64,000 bases of DNA. Origin: Antedon mediterranea. Its lineage: Eukaryota > Animalia > Echinodermata. A program made the translations under genes and the position numbers. Of the stretch, positions 52,900 to 64,000 are shown piece by piece. The notes under the pieces are model-generated. The model did no database searches. It saw only the letters and a program-made list of their open reading frames with translations, and was not told the DNA's origin. Positions within the stretch are counted from its first letter, which is position 1; each line of letters starts with the position of its first letter. The stretch lies in the NCBI RefSeq assembly GCF_964355755.1, contig NC_092673.1, positions 13,240,948 to 13,304,947 of the forward strand. The letters run 5' to 3'.

Positions 52900-54087
52900 T
52901 TATATCCAAAGGATGTGATCTATCATGGAAAATTCGTTCAATGCATGGTCTTCCACGATCAATAATACCAAGGCCTATTATCGACAACGCTATGTTGACA
53001 ACAACAAGAGAGGTTTAAGACTGTGTTAAGACTTCTCCGAGTAGTCTTTAACTTTTAAGACCATAAAACTTGAGTATACTATTTAACATAACAATAGAGA
53101 TCGTGTATACTATACGCTAATAACCGAACATTAAGTTAAACAGTTCGCCAAAGCTATTATCAAACCAAATTATCTTGACCACGATATTCCATGCAGAAAT
53201 GGAAATCTCATAACTCTATGTGCCTCACCCTTCACAAATTGTACTGTCGCGTCGCATGTAAACGACATGTTGCCGCTAATTGAGAATGACATGCGCAATG
53301 GAAAATCCACCATAACCATCATTAACATTTTAACACAGTACTAATCTTCTTTACTACGGACGAATCTTTAAAAAAAGACGTGCATAGATGTGCTGATCAT
53401 CACATCTTACGCACCGGGACAATCCGCGTACAACGCCATCAAACATGTCTGGGGTTTGTGCACGCAAGCTTTGACGTCTGTGTCTTTACCGGACAGACTG
53501 GAAAGGCAAGAAAAATCTCCATAGGAACAACCCGACATAACGGAGGACGAGCGACTTCAAAAATGATTTGTTGTATACAATAATGTGATGTCGAAACTTA
53601 ACAACTACTTGGATGGCGTAACGTTCGCAGGTACTCCAATTTCAACAATGTATATCGCTTTTGACCAAGATGAAATGTCTTACAACGACTACGAAGTTAT
53701 GTCTTGTAACAGCGGGAAGAAGTTTAGAGAAAGTGACTTTGTCGACGAAGTTTTATGCTAGAGCATATTGACAGACGGAAAGGTTTTATTGCATTTTACA
53801 AATGTACCAAGGATGATTGCAACCACTGCACTTCACATCCCGTGACCGCAACAAAACCACTAAATAAGTTAAGGTGTAAGGGGGGTTTTCCGTCACCAAT
53901 GCTTGTGAGTGGAGAGCATTTTTACACGCTACATGTCTTGAAATTGGATTCATGGGACACAAATGACAGGGCGTTAACAAATGGTGGGATTAGTAAATGC
54001 CTGATTTGTCCCTCTTACACATTTTTATCTAACGCTGATGTCACTTCTCATCGTAGAAAATACCATCAAGGACAGAGTGTGATGTGA
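52900..54087 (+). pseudogene. Zator-like transposase fragment
   Basis: LDHDIP..TVASHVND..LLYYGRIF..LIITSYAPGQSAYNAIKHVW; C-terminal CTKDDCNHC..FPSP..CLICPSYTF..H..YH. Confidence 0.6.
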
Positions 54088-54249
54088 ATATGTCCTACTA
54101 TTATATACACAATAAATACAAATATACACCTATTATTAATTCCATTTAAAGTAGTTGATATTGGAACATGTATATCATAATTTTATTTCATTGTATTTTT
54201 AAAATGGGTTTGTATTGCCTGCTGTGTTTATATATACAGTATATATATA

Positions 54250-54903
54250 TCGGATATCTGAACGTCCCAGAAAGAGTTAAGTTCAAATGTTTATGCAATG
54301 TATATAAAATTTTTAATAATTCTGCTCCAATGTATCTAAATAGTAACTTTGTTCGTATTGTTGATTACCACTCTAGAAGGACACGTAGTGCCACAAATTT
54401 AAATTATAGGATTCCAATAATTAAGGGCTGCGAACAAAAAACTTTTTATTACAACTCAATAAAAGCCTGGAACGCTATACCATTATATGTAAAAAGTAAT
54501 ATTTCATTAGAAAATTTTAAATTGGCACTAAAACAGCATCTCCTCAACATTTAATTCTTTAATTTTTTTACTTTAGTGCAATAAATCAATTTTTGTATAT
54601 ATCTCTTATTATAAATCTTTCTTAAAACTGTAAATTAGGATTAAATTTTTGATAAGTGTTAGATAAACTGTTATTTTTAAACTTTTATATTTTTATACCA
54701 TTTTTTAGGATTCTTTTGATGTAATTTGTATGTTCTTTATCAGTTCCTTGTTTTTAGGACCCAAGTGGAAATAAGTTTTTAACTTTTCTTGGCATTCCTT
54801 GTAATCAAGGCCTGTGTTTCTGTGCAATTGTTTTTTCTACTTTTTTTTGCATTGTTTTTTATTGTTTTTTAACCTTGATTACTAAATAAAGAAATTCAAA
54901 TTC
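54250..54903 (+). mobile_element. 3' end of a Crack/L2-type LINE
   Basis: LNVPERV..APMYL..TFYYNSIKAWNAIP..FKLALKQHL, then 3'UTR and AATAAAGAAATTCAAATTC tail. Confidence 0.75.
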
Positions 54904-54942
54904 TATGTATATATATATGTATATATATATATATATATATAT

Positions 54943-55248
54943 AAATCAGGCACAGAACATTAATTCTAAACCGCCCGGTGATATACTGAAATTTAATTAA
55001 TTAATTTGAAACGATAAAGATGAGGAAATCTGTGAGAATGAGAAAAAGTCGCCCCAACCGAGACTCGAACTCGGACCGCCTGCTTGATATGCAGATGTCC
55101 TAACCATTAGACCACTGGGGCTTTCATGGTATTGTTCGAACTCGATTGGATAGCGACTCTTTAACATTCTCGGCGTGGTACGGCGGAACAGATAAATCAT
55201 TGATTCATTCCGAATATAAGCACTGTTTCTATAATTTACAGTATGATT
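54943..55248 (-). mobile_element. About 300-bp tRNA-containing repeat embedded in (TA)n
   Basis: (TA)n at 54905-54942 and 55249-55272. Ends read TATAAATCA / TGATTTATA. Degenerate copies at about 26610-26725 and 26209-26240. Confidence 0.65.
55050..55121 (-). tRNA. tRNA-like cloverleaf, anticodon ATC (Asp-like); probably repeat-borne or pseudo-tRNA
   Basis: GCCCCAG TG GTCT AATGGTTA GGAC A TCTGC ATATCAA GCAGG CGGT CCGAG TTCGAGT CTCGG TTGGGGC G. All four stems pair. A/B boxes, G73 discriminator and TTTTT 2 nt downstream. Confidence 0.75.
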
Positions 55249-55995
55249 TATATATATATATATATATATATATGTATTGCTTGTTTGAAATTGCCAACAA
55301 TATGGGAACTAGTATTTCAATAACTCAATTTCAAATTTGGTATTTATAAATAAATAAAATGTTAATAGTAATACTGTACCTGTAAAATAAACATTTTCTA
55401 TAATGCTCCTGAAATATTTTTATGTATTTAAAAACATAATAATTGTCATATTATTATTATATAGTATGTTGAACTGCACGATCCTATAAAAATAATGTTG
55501 TTATTTTGAAAAGCATTGTTACCCACAAAACTATGAAAAATCATACTTTAATCAATGGTTTCTATTACCTAAGATACCTTGGTGTTTTGAAATGTTTTTT
55601 TCATACGCAAAAACGAAACAATCACACGCACGAACCTAGCTAAGTCAGTGATCGCTAGGCCACCTAGGTTAGGCCTAGCTAGCTAAAATATACAGCCGGC
55701 CCAGCAAACTGGTAGCGGGACAATTCGGCCCAGCACCATTCAGCCCTGAGACAATTCGGCACACTTTAATTTATCGGCTTTGATATGCATTTTATAAGCA
55801 TAAAATAGTTTCCCTAAACTTTATTTTCAGAGAGACTATGTGGTAGTACTACTAGAGATAAAGATGCAATAAAATATTTTGAAAACATTGTCGAAAATGA
55901 TCATAAAGGGGTAATGATAAATGATCAAATAACTTACCATTTGGTTGAGATATACTTGATGTTACATTGCTGAGAAACTTAATTCGTATTTATAA

Positions 55996-56200
55996 TGGAT
56001 GGGCCAACTGTTTTTAAGAAGGGTAGAGGCGTTAATTTAATATACCAAGGGTTTCAACATTCCAAAGATAAGACGGCAAGAGACGGAAAACAGTATTGGA
56101 AATGTATAAAAAGGACATGTCCTGGAAGGGTCCATACCAAGGGTTGAAGGGGACGCACTTTTTGTTAGTATGGCTACTCCACATAGCCATGAAGTGGACG
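55996..56200 (+). pseudogene. FLYWCH zinc-finger fragment (MULE-associated)
   Basis: LIYQGFQHSKDK..GKQYWKCIKRTCPGRVHT. Confidence 0.65.
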
Positions 56201-57717
56201 AAGAGACGTAGTAAAGGCTGGATTATGTCAACGTGCTGCCGACAAAGAAAATAAAAAGTATTGTTTATTCCAATATCTGTTTTTTTCTTTACAATAATGC
56301 AATGACACATGAGTATTTGGTGTGGAATCCTTCACCATGTTGCCAATGAACAAGAGTGGACACTATCAAAGTGAAGCCAGAACAGTTAGTTTCAATCATG
56401 GCCCCTTAGTATCGGTTTGGGATAAGGGTTGGTTGACCATGACTGTATAAATTCATATTTACATGTAATTTACTTTAAATTAATATTAGTTTATAAAATA
56501 ATATTAATATGGTAAATAAACAGTATGTATTTAATTTGCAGTCAAAATATAGATGAAATAGACATTAAAAATATTTTAAATATAGCAGTCCAGAAAAATC
56601 CTGGTTTTACTATAATACTCTAGTAGCTACATCATGGAGCTATAAATTAGAAGGACTAACAACGAATTCTAGATTGTTTATCTAATGCCCCTTTAGCCAA
56701 TCAGAGAGAAGCGGTAATTAGGAACATCAAAGATAATAGCAGAAAGTCCCCCGCTTTGATCACGATCATCTTTTACGTATAAAGGACATCCTCTATTGAC
56801 TATTTTTGTGTGCGTGGAGAAATGAAATGATGACGCCACAGGCTTGGTTAACAAAACTAGCCATAAGGGACATGCGTAGTAAGCCCCTTTGGGTTGCTAT
56901 AGAATGCTACGGAAAAAGATTATTAACGAAATATTTTTTTTTTAAACCGCATTTAAATCAAACTTTTCGTTCGTAAGTTACAGCCATTTAAAGGTAAGAG
57001 ATATTTGGTTGTTTGTCGATCGTAATTGAGAAAAATTAGGTAAATATCTGTTTTAAAATGCTTTTTTTTTAATGGTTCCGCATATTTCCTAACAAATGAC
57101 ATGTCGTAACTAGTTAGTGTGGCCCATGTTTTTTTTTATAAAAAAAGCACTGTATAATCTTAGAGTTTATTACAAATGCACCAAATAGATTTCTTTTTAG
57201 CATGTTTTAACTTGAATCAAAGTTATTACGATATCGCTTGTGACGTATTTTACTTTAGTAACAGTTTTCTATACTTTAGAAGGGCCTTCTTCCTTTACTA
57301 ATTCTTCTAGATTTATGCAAGTTAAGAAGTCTAGGCCTAGCTTTAAGTAATGATATATAGAGCCTAGGCTTAGCTACTAGTAATAGTTGTGAGAATTGAT
57401 CTGGCACAAAAGCCATACTCTACATAAAACTAATAATTTAAAATTATTCCAGTCTACTACTAGGCCTAGAGTAGGGACCTAACCTAGGTCTAGCTCCATG
57501 GCCTTTTTAATATTTAATAATAAATACTAAATTGCTAACTAGATGAGAAACTGTTGCTAATTAGTAACAATAATATTATAATATATCTAATTTGTTATTT
57601 TCTAGAAAGTGCCAAAACGCACTATTGTAAACACTGAAAAAGTTTGTTATCATTGAAATTTTCATGTTGCGATATAATTTACTTAAATAAAATACATATT
57701 ATATTAAATATTTCAGA

Positions 57718-58462
57718 TGGAATCTTGTACAGTAACTTGTGTCGCCTGTGTGGTAAGAGAGCAGTTGAGGAAGGTAGACGGCCAATTTTGAAGCAGAGCT
57801 ATGCAGATTCAATTAGGCAAGCTCTTAATGTTGATGTTATGAATGATGGTTCGTCATATATTTGTAATAATTGTAGAGTCAAGTTGGATTTTTGGAAGAA
57901 GCAGGTTCAAAGAAAATAAAAAGCTGTCCTTAACATAGTGCTTGCTGAACACCAGCCTGCTGTTAACTTGTTGGAGGTGGCCAAGTCTATCTATCGACGT
58001 GACCACATGCACGAATCAGCGGTGTGTCGTACTAGAAAGTGATGGAAAGTGCCAAATTAAAATTTTGGGGAAAACTGTAAAAGTTACATCATCGGTCATG
58101 CAGTCCGTGCAACATGAGTATCTGTACCAACAATAATTTTCCTGGTATTGCAGAGAAGGCAATAGTGATGGGATAGTTATTGCGACTGTGACAGAAACTA
58201 CTGATCGCCAGCTGTGTTCGGTGTTGTATTTGCACAGCATAGCGTTGCAATTTGTTTATGGATATATAATCGTACATGGAGCGAACAGGAGTTGCCAACA
58301 CCTGAACAAGAAGAATGATTTAAGTCTATGATCCATGAGACAAATAAAGATGCTATTCCAAAAGATTCGGCTTCAAGAATGTTGTGGGATCAACAGGTAA
58401 AGGGCTTGTCATTAAACCACAACCGGCAAATCCGATGGCATCCTTCAATGCTACGTTGGTGC
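57718..58462 (+). pseudogene. P-element-type transposase N-terminal fragment
   Basis: LCRLCG..ICNNC finger and LWDQQ..RQIRWHPSMLRWC. A further P-type piece, FIIRQFDKFFDCTNV..KRNP, lies at about 59140-59260. Confidence 0.62.
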
Positions 58463-58591
58463 TGTTGTGTACTAACACCATTTAAGGTAAATATCCGAAC
58501 AATAAAAGCACAACAAGTAAACACACGTGAGTCGAGGTTTAGTCGTTCTCCATCTTCCCCGCATCCGGGGCTTTATTCATTCTCCACAACA
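58463..58591 (+). mobile_element. Short LTR-like segment
   Basis: TGTTGTG...CACAACA 7-bp inverted termini with internal AATAAA. No TSD seen. Confidence 0.4.
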
Positions 58592-58809
58592 CTATGTATA
58601 TAGAGGGCGTTAGACCATTACAATCGGTTACAATTACAGTACAAGTAATGTACAGTATATGACATCCCTTCCTTCTTAGGTAAGAAAACATAACAATGTA
58701 GTGTATCCTTAACCTATCTTTAAACAACTCTTATCATAACTACTTTCTTTTTAACAATTGCCTCTTTCCTTTTCCTTTAAACCAAAAAAAATAACAACTA
58801 CTTTAACAA

Positions 58810-59100
58810 AGCCAAATATCATAGTTAGTCGATATAAATTCTATTCTAATCATCGACAAAATAAAGAGAGTGTAGCGGATTACGTAGCACGATTGAGACG
58901 GCTAGCAGAACCATGTGACTTTGGGGCGACATTAGAAGAGATGTTGAGGGATCGTCTTGTGTTAGGTATTAATGATAATTCAATACAACGGCGAATGTTA
59001 GCAGAACCGGATTTAACATTTAAAAAGGCAGTTGATATTTCAAGCGCAATTTTGGCAGTGGACAAACAAGTGCATGATATTAATATGGAGGCAGGATACC
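58810..59100 (+). pseudogene. Gypsy gag fragment
   Basis: PNIIVSRYKF..RQ..ESVADYVARLRRLAEPCDFG..LEEMLRDRLVLGI..IQRRMLAE. Confidence 0.85.
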
Positions 59101-59986
59101 CTTCGATTGATACATCAGTTAAACAAATTCAAGGTAATCCTGAAGTGATGGGAAGACCAAACACCGAATCGCTTGCGTTCATCATTAGACAATTTGATAA
59201 ATTCTTTGATTGCACGAATGTTTCCAATGCTCATGAAGAGAAGATGAAGAGAAATCCTACCCCTCTAGGACAACAACCCCTAACGACAACTACCCCCCAC
59301 CCCCTACAATTACCTCATTAGACAACTTTTTCCTTGGACAACTACGAACCCACTACAACAACTTATTATTGCAATTATACATATTCTTTCATCAGATTCT
59401 TCATCTATACACCCCAGAAAGAATTGATTAAAAGTTTACATCGAATAAAAAGAGTGACAAAAACTTAAACAGAAGTAACAGAATTATAAATATCGTGCCA
59501 TGTAACTTGATGATAAAGAACGTCCACCAATGCACAGTTTTTAAACTCTTTAATTAAATTCCTTCACATGTCACTACTCAATTCTTTATTTACTAATCGG
59601 CGGTGTGTACTTTTCGTTTTGTCTACTTTTATTGTTTTTGTTTTTAGAGAAACAGCACATGTGTTATATCTTCTGATGTTGTATTTTGCACAGTTATATT
59701 ATAACACGCTTTAATCGGCTTTTTGACATATTATTGAATTTAGACGATTTTCAAGAATTAAATTACTTATAATGTAGGTTGTCTAAAGCAAAATAAGGTT
59801 AACTTGCAGATACGCTTTAATTTGTTTAAAAAATGAACGGCAACCTCAAAGAATTCACATGTCGACTTAGATTTTAAAGAAGTAAAAACAATCAACAAGT
59901 GATAACGCAAACGGTTAATTTTTATCACGAAAAAGAGAGGCGAGTCATTTGTAGAAATAGTAGTAGTCATAGTGGTAAAATTAAGG

Positions 59987-60680
59987 ATGGCAAGATTTTA
60001 TATTAATTTTATTCGTTTAAACAAGCAAGCAAGGAAGATCCTTCTCGAAGGATACATTTATGTTAAGAAAAAATACCTCGCAGATGGATGGCAATGCTTT
60101 GAGTGTGGACGTAGAAGAAACAAAAATGAGATTGATTATTTATTGTGGTTTTTATTTATTATTATTTATATATATATATATATATTATTTTAGATGAAAT
60201 AAAATTGGTTTTTGTTTGTACATATAAAATATGCGTAAACATTTGTGTGTATATAACATTTAAAGTAGGCCTATGCATGGAGGTTACATAAGAAAAGTTA
60301 AATAATTATAATTTAGTTAGACGTTCTATTAAGAGAGATTTTACTGGGTAATAATATTAGTTTGTTCTTCGTTCAAGGTCCTATCAGCAGCTAATCACTG
60401 GTTCGCAGACGGAACATTTAAGGTCGTCCCAACGACCTTTTTCCAGATCTGGACCATACATGGTGTATGAGGGCCATGTATTTCCCCTTATCTACGCACT
60501 CCTGCGAAACAAGACACAACGGACGTACACACGTGTGCTGGAAGCCATTGGGAACATGGTGACTTCCATCCCACATCAATCCACAACGATTTTGAAATGG
60601 CGGCAAAAAATGCTTTTGTGGATGTATTCCCGGATGCAAATATCAACGGATGCCTCTTTCATCTTTGAGAATTCATGAAA
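59987..60680 (+). pseudogene. FLYWCH plus MULE transposase fragments
   Basis: ILLEGYIYVKKK..FEC; WFADGTFKVVP..FQIWTIHG..FPLIYALL.NKT..Y; DFEMAAKNAF..VFPDANINGCLFHL. Confidence 0.8.
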
Positions 60681-61729
60681 GGGTAAAATAAATTAACATC
60701 TTCCTTTCCAAAAATAGTATGGTAAGATAAAACAATTTTACACAATTTATATTTTTGTTGTTATTTAATTGTTTTATTTGTAGATCCTGATGACTCTGCT
60801 TCATGCACTAGTGGAATAGATGATCGTGATGTTTTTTAATCGGATGATGATCGCCATTTTGAACAAAAAGCAGATAAAATTAAGTAAAAAGAGAAATAAA
60901 ATTGAATAAAGTTCATTAATAAAATGTTTGATGTTTGCTGGTGTTTTTTTTTAAAATTTGTTCAGAACTAATAATAAACTAAGGAAACTTTCCTGAATAC
61001 CTACTCAGTAATTACATGGAGAAATAAGTTATATACACATATATTTTCATGAAATGCCTGGGTTCATGCAATTGTTCATCAAAATACATGCACATGAACC
61101 ATTCATGCATGTTCCATAAAATTCAAATAGCCCAATAGTTCAAGAACTTTATGAATAGTTCATTAAAGTGCATAGAATAACAATATTTTTGGTTCCCCGT
61201 AGCCAATTGAAAGTTGCAAGATAAGTTCTATTAGCTTGAGCAAATCACTATAGCTTCTCTCGCTTTCTTAAGATGACAAAAGAAAACGTTTCTCCTTTTC
61301 ATTTTCTTCACACAGGTTGATGAATATGAACACACTTTGGAAATAACCATCACTGCTGTCGACGACGAAATGGATTAAAAAACTTAATCAAAGAGTACAG
61401 ATTTAGATAAAACAATATTCACTTCACTAACGCAAGTTTCTTTTTATTCTAAAAAGAGTTACAACCCTATTGCCAGTGCAGTGCAAAATTAACTAAAAAA
61501 ATCAATCGATTAGTTCAATTGAACTGCTGTAAATGAAAATTGTCACTTTACTATCCTAGGCCAGTTGTCTAAAAAATCCTATCATTCAATTCAATTCACC
61601 TTTGGTTAATACAATATTACAATTATTAATTATAATTATGAGTCACTTGCAGAAAAACTTTCAACTTTCAACTTGTTAATGGTAGTGTTCAAAATTTCAC
61701 TCGCTTTAACAATATGTATTCTGTGAGAG

Positions 61730-62120
61730 TCCATCTCTCTCCAACTTCGAACCGGCAAGTGAAAGTGTGACATTTATAAAATTGTCAAAAACTCGCCAGC
61801 TAAATCTTGTAGCCTTGGACCGATTCCCACTTTGTTAATTAAAGCGTCGACTGATGTATTTCTTGCAATAATTACATGCGTTGTTAACTCATCTCTTGAA
61901 ACTGGTTTATTTCTCGACATTTTTTAAATTTCACATATTACATGCTCTAATGAAGAAATCGGGCCTTGATCCTGAGAACTTATCTAATTATAGACCGTAT
62001 CTAATCTGTGTTTTCTTGGCAAAGTTATTGAAAGAGTCGTATCTAAAAGAATATTATCACATGCAAATGACATTCCGTAATTGATCCGTTTCAATCAGAA
62101 TACAAAGCACATCACAGTAC
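61730..62120 (+). pseudogene. L2-type LINE reverse transcriptase fragment
   Basis: KSCSLGPIPT..VNSSLETG..KKSGLDPENLSNYRP.SNL..KVIERVV..DPFQS. Confidence 0.75.
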
Positions 62121-62519
62121 TATTACACTAAAAGGATAGTTTAATTTTGAATGAGCTACTTTTTGGAAAAGTCATAATTGAAAAGAACTTGCGTATGCGC
62201 AAGTTGTCATAACAAGTTGTCAACTTTGTCAACATATACACATTTAACTGAAGTTGTGCAGTCAAGCTTTTATGACGCTGTCACAGCCGCATAGCTGAAA
62301 ATCTTAATTCGCAGCCTAAATATAGATGCAACAGATGTAATAGACATTATAAATCTTTTTGCAGCCCAGAAAAAATCCTGGTTTAATTCTAAGCATTATG
62401 GATGGGCAACAGCTTCCTGAAAGAGGACACGACCCAGATGCAGATGGAGCTAGACCAGACTGGAGTGTGTACCATGCCTGCCGCGAGATGCCAACACAAA
62501 ACAGATGATTGGAGAACTT

Positions 62520-62790
62520 TATATTAAAAAGCCCCAGAAATGTTGCAAAGAAAGCTTTGTATGGCGAATTAGGTTAGCAATCTTTATCTTTCACTAAAAA
62601 TAACTTTAGACTATATCATACTTTAATAGAATAAAAAATATGGCGAATACTAGATGGCCAAGGTTATTATTTAAGGCTATATTATGCAAGTTCAGGATAA
62701 TTTAAAATGGAAGTGGTTATGTATTATGAAAGACAATCTCCGCAGGTGTAATTTATTGGATCACTTCAACACTGAACCTGATGCCACTTG
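62520..62790 (+). pseudogene. RTEX ORF2 fragment related to 43580-43800
   Basis: LKAPRNVAKKALYGELG..IKNMANTRWPRLLFKA. Confidence 0.65.
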
Positions 62791-63318
62791 GGGCCTGTTT
62801 CTGCTGCATAAAAATAACCGGTTAAAATCGGTGTGAATAAATTAAAATTGGTGTGAATAAATTAACTCCATTTTCTTGGCAGCAGAAACAGGACAAATTT
62901 GTGGTAACCGGTTAAAAGGCAGCGCAAAATAACCGGTTAAAAACACCAATTTAAATCGGTGTTAGAACGCCGTTTAACCGGTTATCGCTGAGCAATTCTT
63001 AGCTGCAACACGAAATAACGGTTATTTGATTGACAGTTGTGACCCCGGGTCAGATACCGTCGCATACGGTGTGTGTTTTCCTCGTGGGTTTTGACAGTCG
63101 AACGAAGAAGTGAACATGTATGTGGATGAATGAAATCACAAGATATGTTATTCAGTTGTGGAGGGAGAGAAAGTACGGGGTAGAATGGCAGGCAATAGAA
63201 AAGAATCACAGATAATAAATAAGAGCATTTTTGCGAAAGTAAAAGAGGAATTTGGGGTGGAGTTCCGGGGACTACCCAAGCTAAGCAATTTGAGGCGTTA
63301 GTAGTACACGCTCGCGAA

Positions 63319-63951
63319 GGGTATGGATGGTCCTATATTAACACCAAAACGGAAACAAAAGGGACTCAAAATGTTGCAAATACCTACCAAACGATAGTAG
63401 ATAATGGTTAATTAATTATGAAAACCCAAATTTTATAGCAAAAATCGTCCGAATTTATGTTATAAACGATGAATTTAGCAACAAAAACTTAATCCAAACG
63501 AGCGTATTTATGGCACGCCCTTAGTGCCTTTAATAGGAGAACAATGAACAATCTTAATTTGATCGTTTTATAAAATTTCTTTAGAAAAACATCACATCGA
63601 CCGAAAACAAAGGTTATGAGAGCCTTTGATAATATATTAAATATGATTTTATTAAGCATAGAAATGTGTTATTATTTATGTTAGTACATAATATTATGCG
63701 AAACAATGTTTAATACTCATTATTCTATTAAAGGCACTATGTGCGTGCGATATTCTATGACTTGGATACTCTCGTTTGATTTAAGTTTTTGTGGCTAAAC
63801 TCGTCGTTTTTAACACAAATTCGGACGATTTTTGCTATAAAAGTTAGGGTTTCATGAATCATAATTAATTAACAATTATCTACTCTCGTTTGGTAGGTAT
63901 TGCAACATTCTAAGTCTCGTTTTTGTTTCCGTTTGCTTTTTTGTAGGACCG
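63319..63951. mobile_element. Foldback (long-TIR) non-autonomous element
   Basis: Diverged inverted arms of about 210 bp (about 63329-63540 and 63722-63950). Direct repeat CGCTCGCGAA at 63309-63318 and 63952-63961. Confidence 0.7.
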
Positions 63952-64000
63952 CGCTCGCGAAAGACAACAGTCGTTCACGTGGTAAGGGCCGTATCATCAT

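Noticed and set aside
23-63209. Numerous 60-130 aa ORFs in the ORF track
   Set aside because: These are antisense or alternative frames of TE coding regions, or low-complexity AT-rich frames with no recognisable domain.

Overview
AT-rich animal (intron-containing, probably marine invertebrate) DNA made almost entirely of transposable elements and their fragments. I found no intact host gene, rRNA, CRISPR array or prokaryotic feature. Best-supported items: (1) a full-length hAT element with 12-bp TIRs and a 6-bp TSD (63-3920), whose transposase is broken by a TACTGTA footprint-like insertion; (2) several distinct Chapaev-type (RAG1-related) transposase relics; (3) a spliced BEN-domain gene; (4) a nest of a Harbinger transposase split by a Crack/CR1 LINE, itself split by a young Rex1 LINE fused in frame to ORF1; (5) a Gypsy element whose gag-RT region is replaced by an antisense, intronless monoamine oxidase retrocopy; (6) an RTEX LINE; (7) Zator, Sola, CACTA, MULE, P and Harbinger fragments; (8) a (TA)n-embedded repeat carrying a tRNA-Asp(ATC)-like cloverleaf; (9) a foldback element. 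At larger scale, TE relics switch from mostly minus strand (about 4-29 kb) to mostly plus strand (about 29-63 kb), and TAGGCCTA-type motifs cluster locally. Family assignments come from motifs recognised by eye. Fragment boundaries are approximate unless TIR, TSD or splice sites are cited.
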